From an uncultured Gemmatimonadales bacterium (lineage in GTDB: Bacteria > Gemmatimonadota > Gemmatimonadetes > Gemmatimonadales > GWC2-71-9), in NCBI GenBank assembly GCA_963695555.1, contig CAVOGR010000007.1, forward strand, positions 640,001 through 704,000: a DNA stretch of 64,000 nucleotides. Reading direction: 5' to 3'. The position numbers and the translations under genes are program-made. The notes beneath the pieces were generated by a model. It worked only from the letters and a program-made list of their open reading frames with translations, was not told where the DNA came from and made no database searches. Position 1 is the stretch's first letter. Every line of letters begins with the position of its first letter. Below are positions 1-10,567 of this stretch, in pieces.

Positions 1-106
1 AACACGGCGCACCACGCGATTCGGTTTCAGTAGATTAGATTGGTTGGAAGCGGCATTGGACAATATAACCGTCGATCCAAATCGTTACAACTCAGTGAGT
101 TAGCGC

Positions 107-1681
107 TTGCGACTCCTGCATCGCTACATCCTGGCGCAGCTGATGGCCCCGTTCATCTTCGCCCTCGGCGCGCTGACCAGCATCATGCTGCTCAACCAGG
201 TTGCCCGCCGCTTCGGCCGGCTGGTCGGCAAGGGACTGCCCTGGTCCGTCATCATCGAGGTGTTCGCGCTCAGCATTCCGTTCATCATCGCGATGACCTT
301 GCCGATGGCGATCCTGCTCGCCGTGCTCTACACCTTTACCCACCTCGCGGCCGATAACGAGATCACCGCCATGCGGGCCAGCGGCGTCAGCGTGGGGCAA
401 CTCCTCCGGCCCGTGGTGTTGACCGGGGTTCTGCTTGCAGCCGGCAACTTCGTGCTGGTCGATCAATACCTCCCGAGGACCAATGCGAAGCTCCGGAGCC
501 TGCTCATCGACATCAGCCGGAAGAAGCCCACGCTCGACCTGCGCGAGCAGGCCATCAACGAGATTCCACCCTCCCGGCTCTTCCTCAGGGCGAGCCGGAT
601 CGACGCGACCAGCGGCCGGCTTCGCGACGTCACCATCTTCGACATGAGTGCCCAGGACGGTCGGCGGGTGATCTATGCCGACAGCGGTCACATGGCCTTC
701 GCCCAGAACCAGACCGACCTCCTGCTCCGGCTCCACAGCGGAGAAATCCACGAGTTCAAAAATGCCGACCCGCACGACTTCCAGCTCACGGCCTTCCTGA
801 CAAATAACATCCTGGTCCGCAATGTGGCCAACGAGCTCGAGCGCGGCACCGTGGAGGCAGTCCGGGGCGACCGGGAAATGTCCACCTGCGAAATGCGCTC
901 GGTGGTGGCCGAGTCGGAGCGTGAGCGAGACGTGGCCGAGGGCGAGCGACGACGGGTGCTGCGCCAGGACCTCCGCAGCCTGCTCGCGCTGCCCGCGGCC
1001 GGGCCCGCCGCCGAGGTTCCCCTTGAGGAGGTCCGATGTGGAAGGTGGCCCTCGCTTCTCCGGTGGCTAGTCCCAGAGACGGCCCAGGCCCAGGACACCA
1101 CACACGCCCGCCGCCTGCTCCAGCAGCTCCGCGAGAAGCAGGGGAGGGCCGCCCCGGGGCCGGAAGTGGACCGGCTCGAGCTTGCCCCGCCGTCGGAGCT
1201 CCCCGACGGCCGCATTCCCGAGGGCGGGGTGACGCAATTCCGCCCCCGCCGGCTCCCGATCGCGTCCTGGAGCGAGATCTCGATGTCCCGCGACCTGGTC
1301 CAGGTGGCGGCGCGCAAGGCCAATCGCTATCGGATCGAGATCCATAAGAAGTGGGCCATCAGCGTGGCCTGCCTCGTGTTCGTATTGGTGGGGGTCCCGA
1401 TGGCGCTCCGGTTCCCTCGAGGAGGAATGGGCCTGGTGATCGGCGGGGGCCTGTTCGTCTTCGGCGTCTACTACATCGGCCTGACCGCGGGTGAGAGCCT
1501 GGGCGACATTGGCCGCGTGTCGCCGGTCTTTGCTATGTGGGCCCCGAATCTGGTGTTGCTGGTCGGGGGGGTCCTGGGCCTCCTCTGGGCCCGTCGGGCC
1601 TCGGGCTCCACCCGCGGCGGCGACCTCGGGGACCTCTGGGAGACCGTGCGGGGCGTCTGGCGCCGGCGGGCCGCACGATGA
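107..1681 (+). CDS. lptF: LptF/LptG (YjgP/YjgQ) family LPS export permease, long form
   Basis: N-terminus RLLHRYIL, motif LAADNEITAMRASGVS, C-terminal EIHKKWAISVACLVFVLVGVPM and WAPN; TTG start; first of a tandem pair. Confidence 0.88.
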   Translation: MRLLHRYILAQLMAPFIFALGALTSIMLLNQVARRFGRLVGKGLPWSVIIEVFALSIPFIIAMTLPMAILLAVLYTFTHLAADNEITAMRASGVSVGQLLRPVVLTGVLLAAGNFVLVDQYLPRTNAKLRSLLIDISRKKPTLDLREQAINEIPPSRLFLRASRIDATSGRLRDVTIFDMSAQDGRRVIYADSGHMAFAQNQTDLLLRLHSGEIHEFKNADPHDFQLTAFLTNNILVRNVANELERGTVEAVRGDREMSTCEMRSVVAESERERDVAEGERRRVLRQDLRSLLALPAAGPAAEVPLEEVRCGRWPSLLRWLVPETAQAQDTTHARRLLQQLREKQGRAAPGPEVDRLELAPPSELPDGRIPEGGVTQFRPRRLPIASWSEISMSRDLVQVAARKANRYRIEIHKKWAISVACLVFVLVGVPMALRFPRGGMGLVIGGGLFVFGVYYIGLTAGESLGDIGRVSPVFAMWAPNLVLLVGGVLGLLWARRASGSTRGGDLGDLWETVRGVWRRRAAR

Positions 1682-2766
1682 TGCGGCCGCTCAGAACCCT
1701 CGATGGGTACGTGGTGCGCACGTGGCTCCGCATCTTCGCCCTCACGGCCATTGGCTTGCCGCTCGTGTCCATTCTCATCAGCCTGACCGACGACCTGCGA
1801 AAGCTGCTCGACCGCGGGCTCACGTGGGGCGAGATCCTGATCAGTTACGTCTACTCACTTCCGGAGAACATCTTCCTGGTCATGCCGGCCGCGGTGCTCT
1901 TCGCGTCCGTGTTCACCGTGGGTGCCATGGGCCGCCATTCGGAGATCACGGCCGCCAAGGCGAGCGGTGTCAGCTTCCATCGCCTCGCGTTCCCCATCTT
2001 TGTGTGCGGCGCCCTGGCGACCTTCCTCGCCATCTTCATCGGCGAAGTGTCGCCGGGGGCCACGGCAAAGCAGCTCGAAATCCAGAAGAAGGACGAAGTG
2101 CGCCCCACCACGGTGCGATACGACTTCGTGTACCGCGCCGACCAGGGCTGGGTCTATACCGTGCGCGCCCTCGATACCAGGAACCGCCGGCTGCTCGACG
2201 TGGTGTTCGAGCGTCAGGGGTCGGGAGCCGATTATCCCGCCCTCGTGATCGCCGCCGACAGCGCCTCCTATGTTGATTCGCTGGTGAGTTGGCGGCTGTG
2301 GAACGGAACCAGCCGGATGGTGGTAGACGGGGCGCGAAACGCGGCCTTCTCGTATGCCAGCATGCGGCTTCGGGCCCTGACCCAGACCCCGACCGACCTG
2401 ATGGCCGAGCCCAAGGATCCCGAGGAGATGCGCTACGCCGAGTTGGGGCGCTATATCGACGCCCTCAGGCGCTCGGGCAATGACGTCAACAAGCTCATGG
2501 GCGAGCAGGCGCTCAAGCTCGCCCTGCCGGCCACGTGCCTGGTGATCGCGCTGTTCGGGGCACCCCTGGCCATCACGTCGGCCCGCTCGGGCATGGCGTT
2601 CGGCTTTGCGGTGAGCCTGGCCACCACGATCGTGTACCTCTTGATGATCCAGATCTCGCAGGCGGTGGGGGCCAGCGGCCTGATGCACCCCGTGGCGGCC
2701 GCCTGGCTCCCCAACGGGGTCTTCTTCCTGGCCGGGATCGTTCTGCTCTGGCGGGCCCGGACCTAA
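1678..2766 (+). CDS. lptG: LptF/LptG family LPS export permease
   Basis: ATGA overlap with lptF stop; LDGYV N-terminus, GRHSEITAAKASGVS, C-terminal AAWLPN. Confidence 0.88.
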   Translation: MMRPLRTLDGYVVRTWLRIFALTAIGLPLVSILISLTDDLRKLLDRGLTWGEILISYVYSLPENIFLVMPAAVLFASVFTVGAMGRHSEITAAKASGVSFHRLAFPIFVCGALATFLAIFIGEVSPGATAKQLEIQKKDEVRPTTVRYDFVYRADQGWVYTVRALDTRNRRLLDVVFERQGSGADYPALVIAADSASYVDSLVSWRLWNGTSRMVVDGARNAAFSYASMRLRALTQTPTDLMAEPKDPEEMRYAELGRYIDALRRSGNDVNKLMGEQALKLALPATCLVIALFGAPLAITSARSGMAFGFAVSLATTIVYLLMIQISQAVGASGLMHPVAAAWLPNGVFFLAGIVLLWRART

Positions 2767-2790
2767 CGTCCAGCTGGTTGGACCCGGACG

Positions 2791-2826
2791 CACGACGGCC
2801 CCGGGACGAATCCCGGGGCCGTCGTG
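2791..2826. terminator. Perfect 16-bp hairpin between convergent genes, probable bidirectional terminator
   Basis: CACGACGGCCCCGGGA-CGAA-TCCCGGGGCCGTCGTG. Confidence 0.75.
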
Positions 2827-2847
2827 TCACTACTGGAGCGGAAAGGG

Positions 2848-5800
2848 CTAGTAGGTCAACTTGGCCCCGAACTGCATCCGCCACCGTGAAGCGTTGTCCT
2901 GCACCCGCTCGAAGTTGGGCAGGGAGAGGCTGTAGATACCACGGTTGTTCACCGCGTCATAGCCCTCGAGCTCCACGATTTCCTCGCCGGAGAAGGCGCC
3001 GGTCTGCTTGATCAGGCCCCAGTCCCCGTCGATGAAGTTCAAGATGTTGAAGATGTCCCACGCCAGCTCGAGCCGCGCCCCCCGATACGTCGGAAGGCGG
3101 ATCGCGAGCCGGGTGTTGAGGAAGTTGGCCCACGGGTTCCGGCAGCTGTTCCGCTTGTTGAGCTGGCCGCGCTGCTCGCGCAGGCAGGGCTCCATCAGGA
3201 TCAGGTCTTCCAGGTCCTGATAGTTCTCGCCCGCGGCGAGCGTGATGTCGCTGGCATCCATCGGCACGTAGAACTCGTCGTTCAGCTGCCGGCCGTCGCC
3301 GATGCCGTCGGCATTGATATCGCCGTCGACGATGTAGCTGTACGGCGAGCCCGACACCCCCACATAGATCAGCGAGAAGTCGGCCGTTACGGGCCAGGAC
3401 TCAGGCAAAGGAAGATCCGCCGAGCCGCTGAGCGTCAGCTTGTGGCGGCGCTCGAACACCGACGTGGTGCGGTTCCGCTTGTCGAGCGTCCCGTCCAGCA
3501 CGTTGAACCCGTACTGTGAACTCGCCGTGCTCGAGGTCAGGTCGAACAGGTTTTCGGCATCGCTATAGGTGTAGCCGGCATTGAACGCGAGGCCGTTGGC
3601 AAAGTTCTTCTGCAGCTGAGCGGTGATCTGGTACGACCGATCCTCGCTCATGTCGGTGTTCAAGGCACCCGGGTTCTGACCGAACAGCACGTTGCTGGCC
3701 ACGGTGGCGTCCTTCAGGGCTTCAGCGCCGAAGCCACCGGTGACATCGCCGTACAACACCCGGCCAGCCTCGCCGGAAAGGGTACCCTGCGGACCCACCA
3801 GGTTCTCATCAGTGTAGTACAGCGTGTTCCGAGCCATGGTATAGAGCAGGTCCAGTGTCCCGACCATGCCCCAGGGCAGCTGCTGGTCCAATCCGAGGGA
3901 CAGCTTCCAGTTCTGCTGGAACTTGAAGTTGGGATCGAAGGCGTTGACCTGCGGAATCCCCGCGGAGACGCCACCGCCACCGGGGCAGACGTCCAGCACC
4001 GTGGTGGGATCGTCGTTGTAGGCCGCGGTCAGCGCCGGATCAGGGCCGAAGCAGTCGAGGTTGGCCTGCTCGACGCCGCTGTTGCTGAACGCATTGCTGA
4101 GCCACACGTAGGCCGGACGGCCCGCGAACAAGCCGGCGCCGCCGCGGACGACGGTGGTATTGTCGCCCTTGACGTCGAAGTTGAAGCCGACCCGTGGAGA
4201 CCAGAGGATGTTGCCGCTCGGGAAGTCGGCGGTATTGACCCCGATCGCGCTGGCCGCCAAGGCCGGGTTGGCATTGGGATCGTCCGGGAAAATCGGCACG
4301 TCCATCCGGATGCCACCGGTGAGGGTGAGGTTTGGAGTCACCGCCCACCGATCTTGGGCATACAGGCCCAACTGGATGACCTTCCAGCTCGCCTCCGGCC
4401 CATTCGGAACCAGCGCGATGGCGCGGTCGTACTTGGACGGGATGCCGGCCTCGAAGTCGTCGATCGAGTCGAACTCCCATTGCCCGAGTGACTGCGGGAA
4501 GAACACGTTCCGGAACTTGATGTGCTCGTTGTGGGTTCCGACGGTAATCCGGTGACCCTGACCGACGTCGAACGTGAAGTTGTCGGTCAGCTCCCACACA
4601 TCTTGATCCAGCGCGTTGTCATGGCTGAACCGCTCGGCCCCCGTCACCAACACGGCGGTGCCGGATTCGACCCGAACCGTCGGGAAGGTGGTAAAGGGTT
4701 CGCGGACGTCGCGGAGCCGCTGATACCCGACAATGAGCTCGTTCGAGAATCGGTCATTGATGACCGAATTCAAGTTGGCCCGGACGGAGTGGTTGTTGAA
4801 CTTCTGATTATAACTATGACCCGACAGGCCGTAGTCGCCGTTGGTGCTGCGAAGGATGGTACCCTCCCCGGCAGTCACGTAATTGTAGGTCAGTGCAAGT
4901 CGGCTGTTGTTGGCGACCTGCCAGTCGACCTTACCCAGGAACAGGTCGTTGGGTTGGTTGGAGACGTAGGGCCCCGCCGTGCCGGCATCGAGCCCCTGTG
5001 ACGCAAGCTTGGCCTCCATCCGGGTGACGTCGCTGGCCAGCCCGCCGGCCTCGGCCAGGGTCACGCCGTCGAACGGCGACGAGCGGTCCTGAATGTCGGC
5101 CGAGATGAAGAAGTGGGCCTTGTCGGGAACGATCGGGCCGCTAAAGGTGCCGCCGAATTGTGTGACCGAGAAGTCGGAGACCGTGTCTCCCACCTGGGTG
5201 TCGCCAACCAGGCGAATGCCGAGGTCTCGGCTCGACTGACGATAGCCGAACATCGAGAAGTGATAGTCGTTGTCACCGGACTTGGTGATGGCATTGATCA
5301 GACCGCCGGTGAAGTTGCCCTGCCGCAGGTCGAACGGCGCGATCAAGACCTGGAACTCCTTGACCGCCTCAACCGATACCGCTCGGCTTTGCACCTGGCC
5401 GCCGGGCGCGCCGGTCGAGCCCAGACCGAACAGGTCGTTGTTGACCCCGCCGTCGACCTGGAGTTCGTTCAACCGGTTGTTCTGCCCGCCGACCGACGTG
5501 CCCACGACTTGCGGCGCCGTCTGAATCAGGGAGGTGAAGTCCCGGCCCAGGAGTGGAAGTCGAGCGATCGCCGTGTCGGAGATCGTGGTCGCTGGACCGG
5601 TCCGGGCACTGTTGATGAGCGGATTCACCGCGGCCGAGACCGCCAGTTCTTCCAGCTCGACCGGAGAGGTCGAGAGTTCGAAGTTGGCCTCGTAACGCTG
5701 GCCCAGGTTCAGCATGATCCCGGTCTTGCGGGACGGCTGGAACCCGATGCCGCGCGCTTCGATGGTGAAGGGACCGCCGGTCGCCACGTTCTCGAGGAAG

Positions 5801-6018
5801 TAGCGCCCGCTGCTCCGGGTCACTGCTTGCCAGCGCCCGCCGGTGGACGTGTTGAGTACGGTGACGATCGCGCCCTCGACGGGTGCTCCACCCGTCTGCG
5901 TGATCGTCCCCACGATGGCGGCGCTGGTGACACCCTGCGCATTGAGCGAGCCCGCAAACAGCGCGACCGCGCCCAGACTCAGGAGTGCCAGCCTGACCTT
6001 ACGAATCCAAGAACTCAT
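2848..6018 (-). CDS. TonB-dependent receptor, Oar-like, with N-terminal carboxypeptidase-regulatory-like domain
   Basis: Signal peptide ending LNA-Q; plug motifs DGGVNNDLFG, EAVKEFQV, GNFTGGLINAITKSG; SPRVGFNFD; C-terminal MQFGAKLTY; start placed at MSSWIRK after AAGGG. Confidence 0.9.
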   Translation of the reverse strand: MSSWIRKVRLALLSLGAVALFAGSLNAQGVTSAAIVGTITQTGGAPVEGAIVTVLNTSTGGRWQAVTRSSGRYFLENVATGGPFTIEARGIGFQPSRKTGIMLNLGQRYEANFELSTSPVELEELAVSAAVNPLINSARTGPATTISDTAIARLPLLGRDFTSLIQTAPQVVGTSVGGQNNRLNELQVDGGVNNDLFGLGSTGAPGGQVQSRAVSVEAVKEFQVLIAPFDLRQGNFTGGLINAITKSGDNDYHFSMFGYRQSSRDLGIRLVGDTQVGDTVSDFSVTQFGGTFSGPIVPDKAHFFISADIQDRSSPFDGVTLAEAGGLASDVTRMEAKLASQGLDAGTAGPYVSNQPNDLFLGKVDWQVANNSRLALTYNYVTAGEGTILRSTNGDYGLSGHSYNQKFNNHSVRANLNSVINDRFSNELIVGYQRLRDVREPFTTFPTVRVESGTAVLVTGAERFSHDNALDQDVWELTDNFTFDVGQGHRITVGTHNEHIKFRNVFFPQSLGQWEFDSIDDFEAGIPSKYDRAIALVPNGPEASWKVIQLGLYAQDRWAVTPNLTLTGGIRMDVPIFPDDPNANPALAASAIGVNTADFPSGNILWSPRVGFNFDVKGDNTTVVRGGAGLFAGRPAYVWLSNAFSNSGVEQANLDCFGPDPALTAAYNDDPTTVLDVCPGGGGVSAGIPQVNAFDPNFKFQQNWKLSLGLDQQLPWGMVGTLDLLYTMARNTLYYTDENLVGPQGTLSGEAGRVLYGDVTGGFGAEALKDATVASNVLFGQNPGALNTDMSEDRSYQITAQLQKNFANGLAFNAGYTYSDAENLFDLTSSTASSQYGFNVLDGTLDKRNRTTSVFERRHKLTLSGSADLPLPESWPVTADFSLIYVGVSGSPYSYIVDGDINADGIGDGRQLNDEFYVPMDASDITLAAGENYQDLEDLILMEPCLREQRGQLNKRNSCRNPWANFLNTRLAIRLPTYRGARLELAWDIFNILNFIDGDWGLIKQTGAFSGEEIVELEGYDAVNNRGIYSLSLPNFERVQDNASRWRMQFGAKLTY

Positions 6019-6345
6019 GTGCACACCCTTGGTTGGAGGTTGGTTGATAAGAAAGAAGCCCGGTCGGACGAAATGCGACATTCGACTGTTGACATGAGCC
6101 GCGCCGCCGAAGGTCTTCTAACTTATTGTAATACAACAGTTTACAGAAGGGCCGCAGACGGATAGACCCCAGACCCCTGAGGCCCTGGTTCGGGGGTGCG
6201 GCCCATCCCCACGAGTCCATATCGCACTAGTATACCACCCCGTCATATGAGGTCAAGGACGGGTTTCGGAGCCGTTACAGGCCAGCTGGGGCCCGATAAC
6301 GGCCACTTTGGAGGGCCCACGATTGCCGGCCAAAAGTCCCCATTC

Positions 6346-7762
6346 TCACAGCACGAAACCGAACACCACGAACAGCACTAACGCCCCCGACGCCGTTATC
6401 AGGGCATACGGCAACTGGGTTCGCACGTGGTCGATATGATCGGTGGCCGAGGCCATGGAGGCCACAATGGTGGTGTCGGATATGGGGGAGCAGTGGTCGC
6501 CGAAGATCCCGCCGCCCAGGGCCGCCGCCAGGGTCAGGCTCGGCGGCAGGCCAAGAATGGCAATCATCGGGATCACGATGGGAATTATGATGGCGAAGGT
6601 GCCCCAGGAGGTCCCGGTGGAGAAGGCGATGAAGCAGGCCAGGAGGAAGACGGTGGCCGGCACCAGGCCCGGATGGAGCGCCGCCTGGGCCGCCTGGGCC
6701 ACGAACACCCCCGTGCCCAGGGCCCGGGTGGTGATGCCGATGGCGAAGGCCAAGGCCAGCACGATCACCAGCGGGATCAGGCCCTGGATGCCCTTGATGA
6801 GCGCTCTCGGTGATCTCCCCGATGGTCATGATGCCCTGGACCCGATAGATGACCGCCGCCAGCACGAGCCCGGTGATCACGCCCCAGAGCACCGCCCGCG
6901 ACCCGCTGCCCTGCATGATGTTGCCGTCCCCGGTCAGCCAGAGCACCACCGGCACCATGGCCACCATCGTGACAATCGGAACGACCATGTTGAGGGCCCG
7001 CTCCGGCGCTCCCGGTTTCTTCTGGGTCATGGCGACATCGGTCGCGATCATCGGTGTTGCGCCGTCTCGCAGCAGTTTGCCCTCTTCGCGCACCCGGCGT
7101 TCCGCCTCACGCATCGGTCCGATGTTCCATCCGGTCAGCACCACGATCAGCGCGAGCACGATGGCCAGGATGGCGTAGAAGTTGAGCGGGAGCGCCGCCA
7201 CCAGGAGCGGCACCGGGTTTTCGACCCCTTGGGCCATGAGCAGCCCGATGACGTAGGCGCCCCAGGCGTTGAGCGGGATCAGGATGCACTTGGGCGAGCA
7301 GGTGGCGTCGATGATGTAGGCCAGCTTCTCGCGCGAGATCCGGCACTTGTCGAACAGGGGCCGCGCCACCGACCCCGCCACCAACAACCCGAAGTTCGAC
7401 TCGAGAAACACTGCCATGCTCACGAGGATGGTGATGATCCCAACCGACCGCGGCGACTTGGCCAGCCCCTGCCGTTCGACCCACGTGATGAAGCCTTCCA
7501 TCCCGCCGGACAGCTGGGTGAAGATGATCATCGCCCCGATGAGGGCACTGAACAGCAAGGTGCGCGCGTTGTCGGGGTCGGTCACCGCGGCCACGAACAC
7601 GTCGACCGACTGGATCAGGCCGGCGAGCGGATTCCAGCCGTTCATGATGGTCCAGCCGAGCAGGATGTAGAGGCCGAGCGACAGATAGACCTGCTTGGTC
7701 TTGATGGCGAGGCCGATGGCGACGATGGGCGGAAGAATCGATAGCCAGCCGATGGTTTCCAT
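6346..7762 (-). CDS. Na+/H+ antiporter NhaC family protein, one +1 break near 6805
   Basis: WLSILPPIVAIGLAIKTK, SREKLAYIID, FSTGTSWGTF, GDHCSPISDTT, DHIDHVRTQLPY split over two frames; removing one base at about 6805 restores EALIKGIQG. Confidence 0.85.
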
Positions 7763-7963
7763 GCACCGCTCGAGGTAAAGATCGGGAAGAGAGTCGCGGC
7801 CGTTAAGGCGAACGCGGCCGCTCGGCGTGGCAAGACCGGTCAATATGGCGTCCGGACGATAGGCTTGACAAGGTCGGGCCGGCCGCCGTTTCTTGGTCCG
7901 GCCGGTGCAAGGTCGCGAGACGCCGGCCCGAAACGACCAATAGCCAATAGCTGACGGCGACCA

Positions 7964-8866
7964 ATGACATCCTACACTCTCCTTCGACGAACCGCCTACA
8001 CCGCGGTCGCTCTTTCGTTCGCGTTGATCGTGCTCGGCGGCATCGTCCGGATCACCGGCTCCGGCATGGGCTGCGGGGAGCACTGGCCCAAGTGCAACGG
8101 CGAGTGGTTCCCGCCGCTCGACCTGCCCACGTTCATCGAGATCTTCCACCGCTGGGTGGCGGCCCTGGTGAGCGTCGCGGTCCTGGTCACGGGGGCCGTG
8201 GCCTGGCGCCGGCACCGACACGAGCCCCGGCTGCTCGTGCCGGCCACGCTCGCCGTCCTGCTCTTGATTAGCCAGGTCCTGCTCGGCGCGGTGACCGTCA
8301 AGCTCGAGCTGCCTCCGGCAGTGGTGATCGTGCACTTCGTGAATGCGCTGTTGCTGTTGACGGCCGTGCTGGTGACGGCCCTCCGGGCGAGCCCGGAGCC
8401 GGCAATACCTCCTCCGGCCCAACGCCACCCGCTCCATCGCCTGGCCTGGGTCACGGCGCTCACCGGCTTTGCTACGGTCATCCTGGGGGCCTACGTGGCC
8501 AATCTGAACGCCGGCCCCGCGTGCCTGGGCTTCCCGCTCTGTCGGGGCGGAATCCTGCCACCGCCGGACCCGCTGGCCCATGTGCACCTGACCCATCGGA
8601 TCGTGGCCTACGCCTTCTTCGTCCTGCTCGTGGTGCTGGTCGTGAGGGCCACGAAGCGCGCGGACGCCGAGTCGCGGAGCTTCAAGCTGAGCGCCGTTGC
8701 TGCCCTGATGCTTGCCATCGTCCAGATCGGCATTGCCGCGGCGATGGTGCTGCAGTTCTTGCCGCCGAGTCTCAGGGGGCTCCATTTGCTGGCAGGAACG
8801 GCCATCTGGGCGGCCCTGGTGATCATGACCCACTACTCATCCCGGCCCAGGGTCTCGCCTTCATGA
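7964..8866 (+). CDS. ctaA: Heme A synthase, COX15/CtaA family
   Basis: GGIVRITGSGMGCGEHWPKC, EIFHR, second Cys pair ACLGFPLC, HLTHR, eight hydrophobic segments. Confidence 0.9.
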   Translation: MTSYTLLRRTAYTAVALSFALIVLGGIVRITGSGMGCGEHWPKCNGEWFPPLDLPTFIEIFHRWVAALVSVAVLVTGAVAWRRHRHEPRLLVPATLAVLLLISQVLLGAVTVKLELPPAVVIVHFVNALLLLTAVLVTALRASPEPAIPPPAQRHPLHRLAWVTALTGFATVILGAYVANLNAGPACLGFPLCRGGILPPPDPLAHVHLTHRIVAYAFFVLLVVLVVRATKRADAESRSFKLSAVAALMLAIVQIGIAAAMVLQFLPPSLRGLHLLAGTAIWAALVIMTHYSSRPRVSPS

Positions 8867-9109
8867 ACGGATCCAGTCGCGCAGTGCCACGATAGTCAGC
8901 TGGCACGTCTCCCGAGGACCGGCGCCTCGGGGGCCACGGCCCAACTAGCCTCGGCCGGGGCGGGCGCAGTGGTGTTCCCGGGTCGGATAGCTGACGGTAT
9001 CTTGCAGGGTGGCGGCCACCTATTCCCCCAGGCAGCCCTCGACCAGGTCCACTCTCCCGCCGGAGGCCGAGTGGAACAACCGACATCTCTCGTTCGTCAG
9101 GGTAGTCCT

Positions 9110-10486
9110 ATGTCGCGAACCCAGATCTTAGCCAGTAGTCTGCTGCTCTCTGTTGCTCTGGCCGGTTGTGGTGACGACAACGTGACCGCGCCGCTGGAGC
9201 CGGAATTCCGCAGTGCCGTCGCATCGGCCAATCCCAACAATACGATCAGCGCCGTTGTCACGGTGACCGCTGTCCGGTACGACAGTACATTTGTGCGTTA
9301 CTGGCAGGCCGGCCAGCCAACGGGCGTCACTCCCACCTACCCCTTCGACGGCGACAGCACACTCCGCATACCGGTCCTCGGGCTGGCTTCCACCTCCGAC
9401 TACTCGCTCGAGACCAACGTCTTCGTCGCCGGAATGGCGCCTGAGGCGGTCGATACGACGGTCTTCTCCAGTGGATCACTTCCTGCCTGGATTCCCCAGG
9501 CGGTCGCAGTTGGCACGGATACTTCGCCCGGCTTCTTGGCGTTGTCCTACCCGGGTGGCCCCGTGATCGTGGACAACACAGCTCGTGTCGTGTGGTACAA
9601 GGACTTCCCCAACGGAACGCTGAACACCTTTCAGGCTCACGATAACGGTTGGTACACCGTCATGGGTTTGGGCGATCCGGCCGGAGGGTTTCATGTGTTG
9701 GACGATTTGGGCGAGGAGGTTCAAGTCCTCACCTGTAACGGGCGGCCAACGCGGTTTCACGACCTCCTGGTCGAGGCCGACGGGAGCGCCTGGATTCTGT
9801 GCGATGAGACCCGCACTATGGATCTCTCCTCCGTTGGTGGGGTCGCGGCCGCGTCGGTCACGGCGACGGTGCTGCAGCACCTCGCCCCGAATGGACAACT
9901 GCTCTTCGAGTGGAACAGTTTCGACCACTTTGCGATCACCGATCTCCCGCTGGCCGATCGGACGGCGAGTCCAATCAACTTTACCCACGGCAATGGGATC
10001 GCGATCGACCACGATGGGAATCTCCTCCTATCCTTCCGGAGCCTGAGTGAGGTCACGAAGGTCGACCGCACGACGGGAGACATCATCTGGCGTTTCGGGG
10101 GATTGCAGAACCAGTTCACCATTCAAAACGACCCCAAGGGCTTTTTCGAGCGGCAGCATGGTATGCGGCCCGCCGGCCCGGGCCAGATTCAATTCCTCGA
10201 CAATGGTTCGGCCCCACCGAGTCGCATGGTGCGCTACCTCTTGAACCCGGCCTCCGGAACGGCGCTCCTGGTCATGGAGTTCATCGACGCTCCGTCCACC
10301 TTTACGTCCGTCGGGGGAAGCACTCAGTATTTCTCCAATGGCAACGGGTTGGTCTCCTTCGCACAGGCGGGGCGCGTGGTCGAGGTGGATCCCGTGGGGA
10401 ACCGGGCCTGGGAGCTCACCGGAATCGCCAACATTTATGTGTTTAGGGCTCAGCGCATAGCGTCACTCTATGCGCGCGGGAGGTGA
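9110..10486 (+). CDS. Arylsulfotransferase (ASST-like) lipoprotein
   Basis: Lipobox LAGC; motifs FHDL, FEWNSFDH, FTHGNGI, LLLSFR, IIWRFGG, QHG, DNG, YVFRAQR. Confidence 0.75.
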   Translation: MSRTQILASSLLLSVALAGCGDDNVTAPLEPEFRSAVASANPNNTISAVVTVTAVRYDSTFVRYWQAGQPTGVTPTYPFDGDSTLRIPVLGLASTSDYSLETNVFVAGMAPEAVDTTVFSSGSLPAWIPQAVAVGTDTSPGFLALSYPGGPVIVDNTARVVWYKDFPNGTLNTFQAHDNGWYTVMGLGDPAGGFHVLDDLGEEVQVLTCNGRPTRFHDLLVEADGSAWILCDETRTMDLSSVGGVAAASVTATVLQHLAPNGQLLFEWNSFDHFAITDLPLADRTASPINFTHGNGIAIDHDGNLLLSFRSLSEVTKVDRTTGDIIWRFGGLQNQFTIQNDPKGFFERQHGMRPAGPGQIQFLDNGSAPPSRMVRYLLNPASGTALLVMEFIDAPSTFTSVGGSTQYFSNGNGLVSFAQAGRVVEVDPVGNRAWELTGIANIYVFRAQRIASLYARGR

Positions 10487-10505
10487 ACATGTGCTGGCGG
10501 CACGA

Positions 10506-10544
10506 GAGAGGAGCCCCCAGCGATTGGCGCTGGGGGCTCCTCTC
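10506..10544. terminator. 17-bp hairpin between convergent genes; probable end of the TBDR-PorV operon
   Basis: GAGAGGAGCCCCCAGCG-ATTGG-CGCTGGGGGCTCCTCTC. Confidence 0.75.
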
Positions 10545-10567
10545 GTGCCTAACCTACCTGGATCCGA

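Noticed and set aside
6090..6106. Possible sigma54 promoter for the first receptor (CGGCGC-N5-ATGT, minus)
   Set aside because: Lacks the -12 GC
6275..8833. 852-aa apparent fusion ORF
   Set aside because: N-part is the antisense of ctaA, the middle is the NhaC gene from 7762, and the tail is out of frame after the indel
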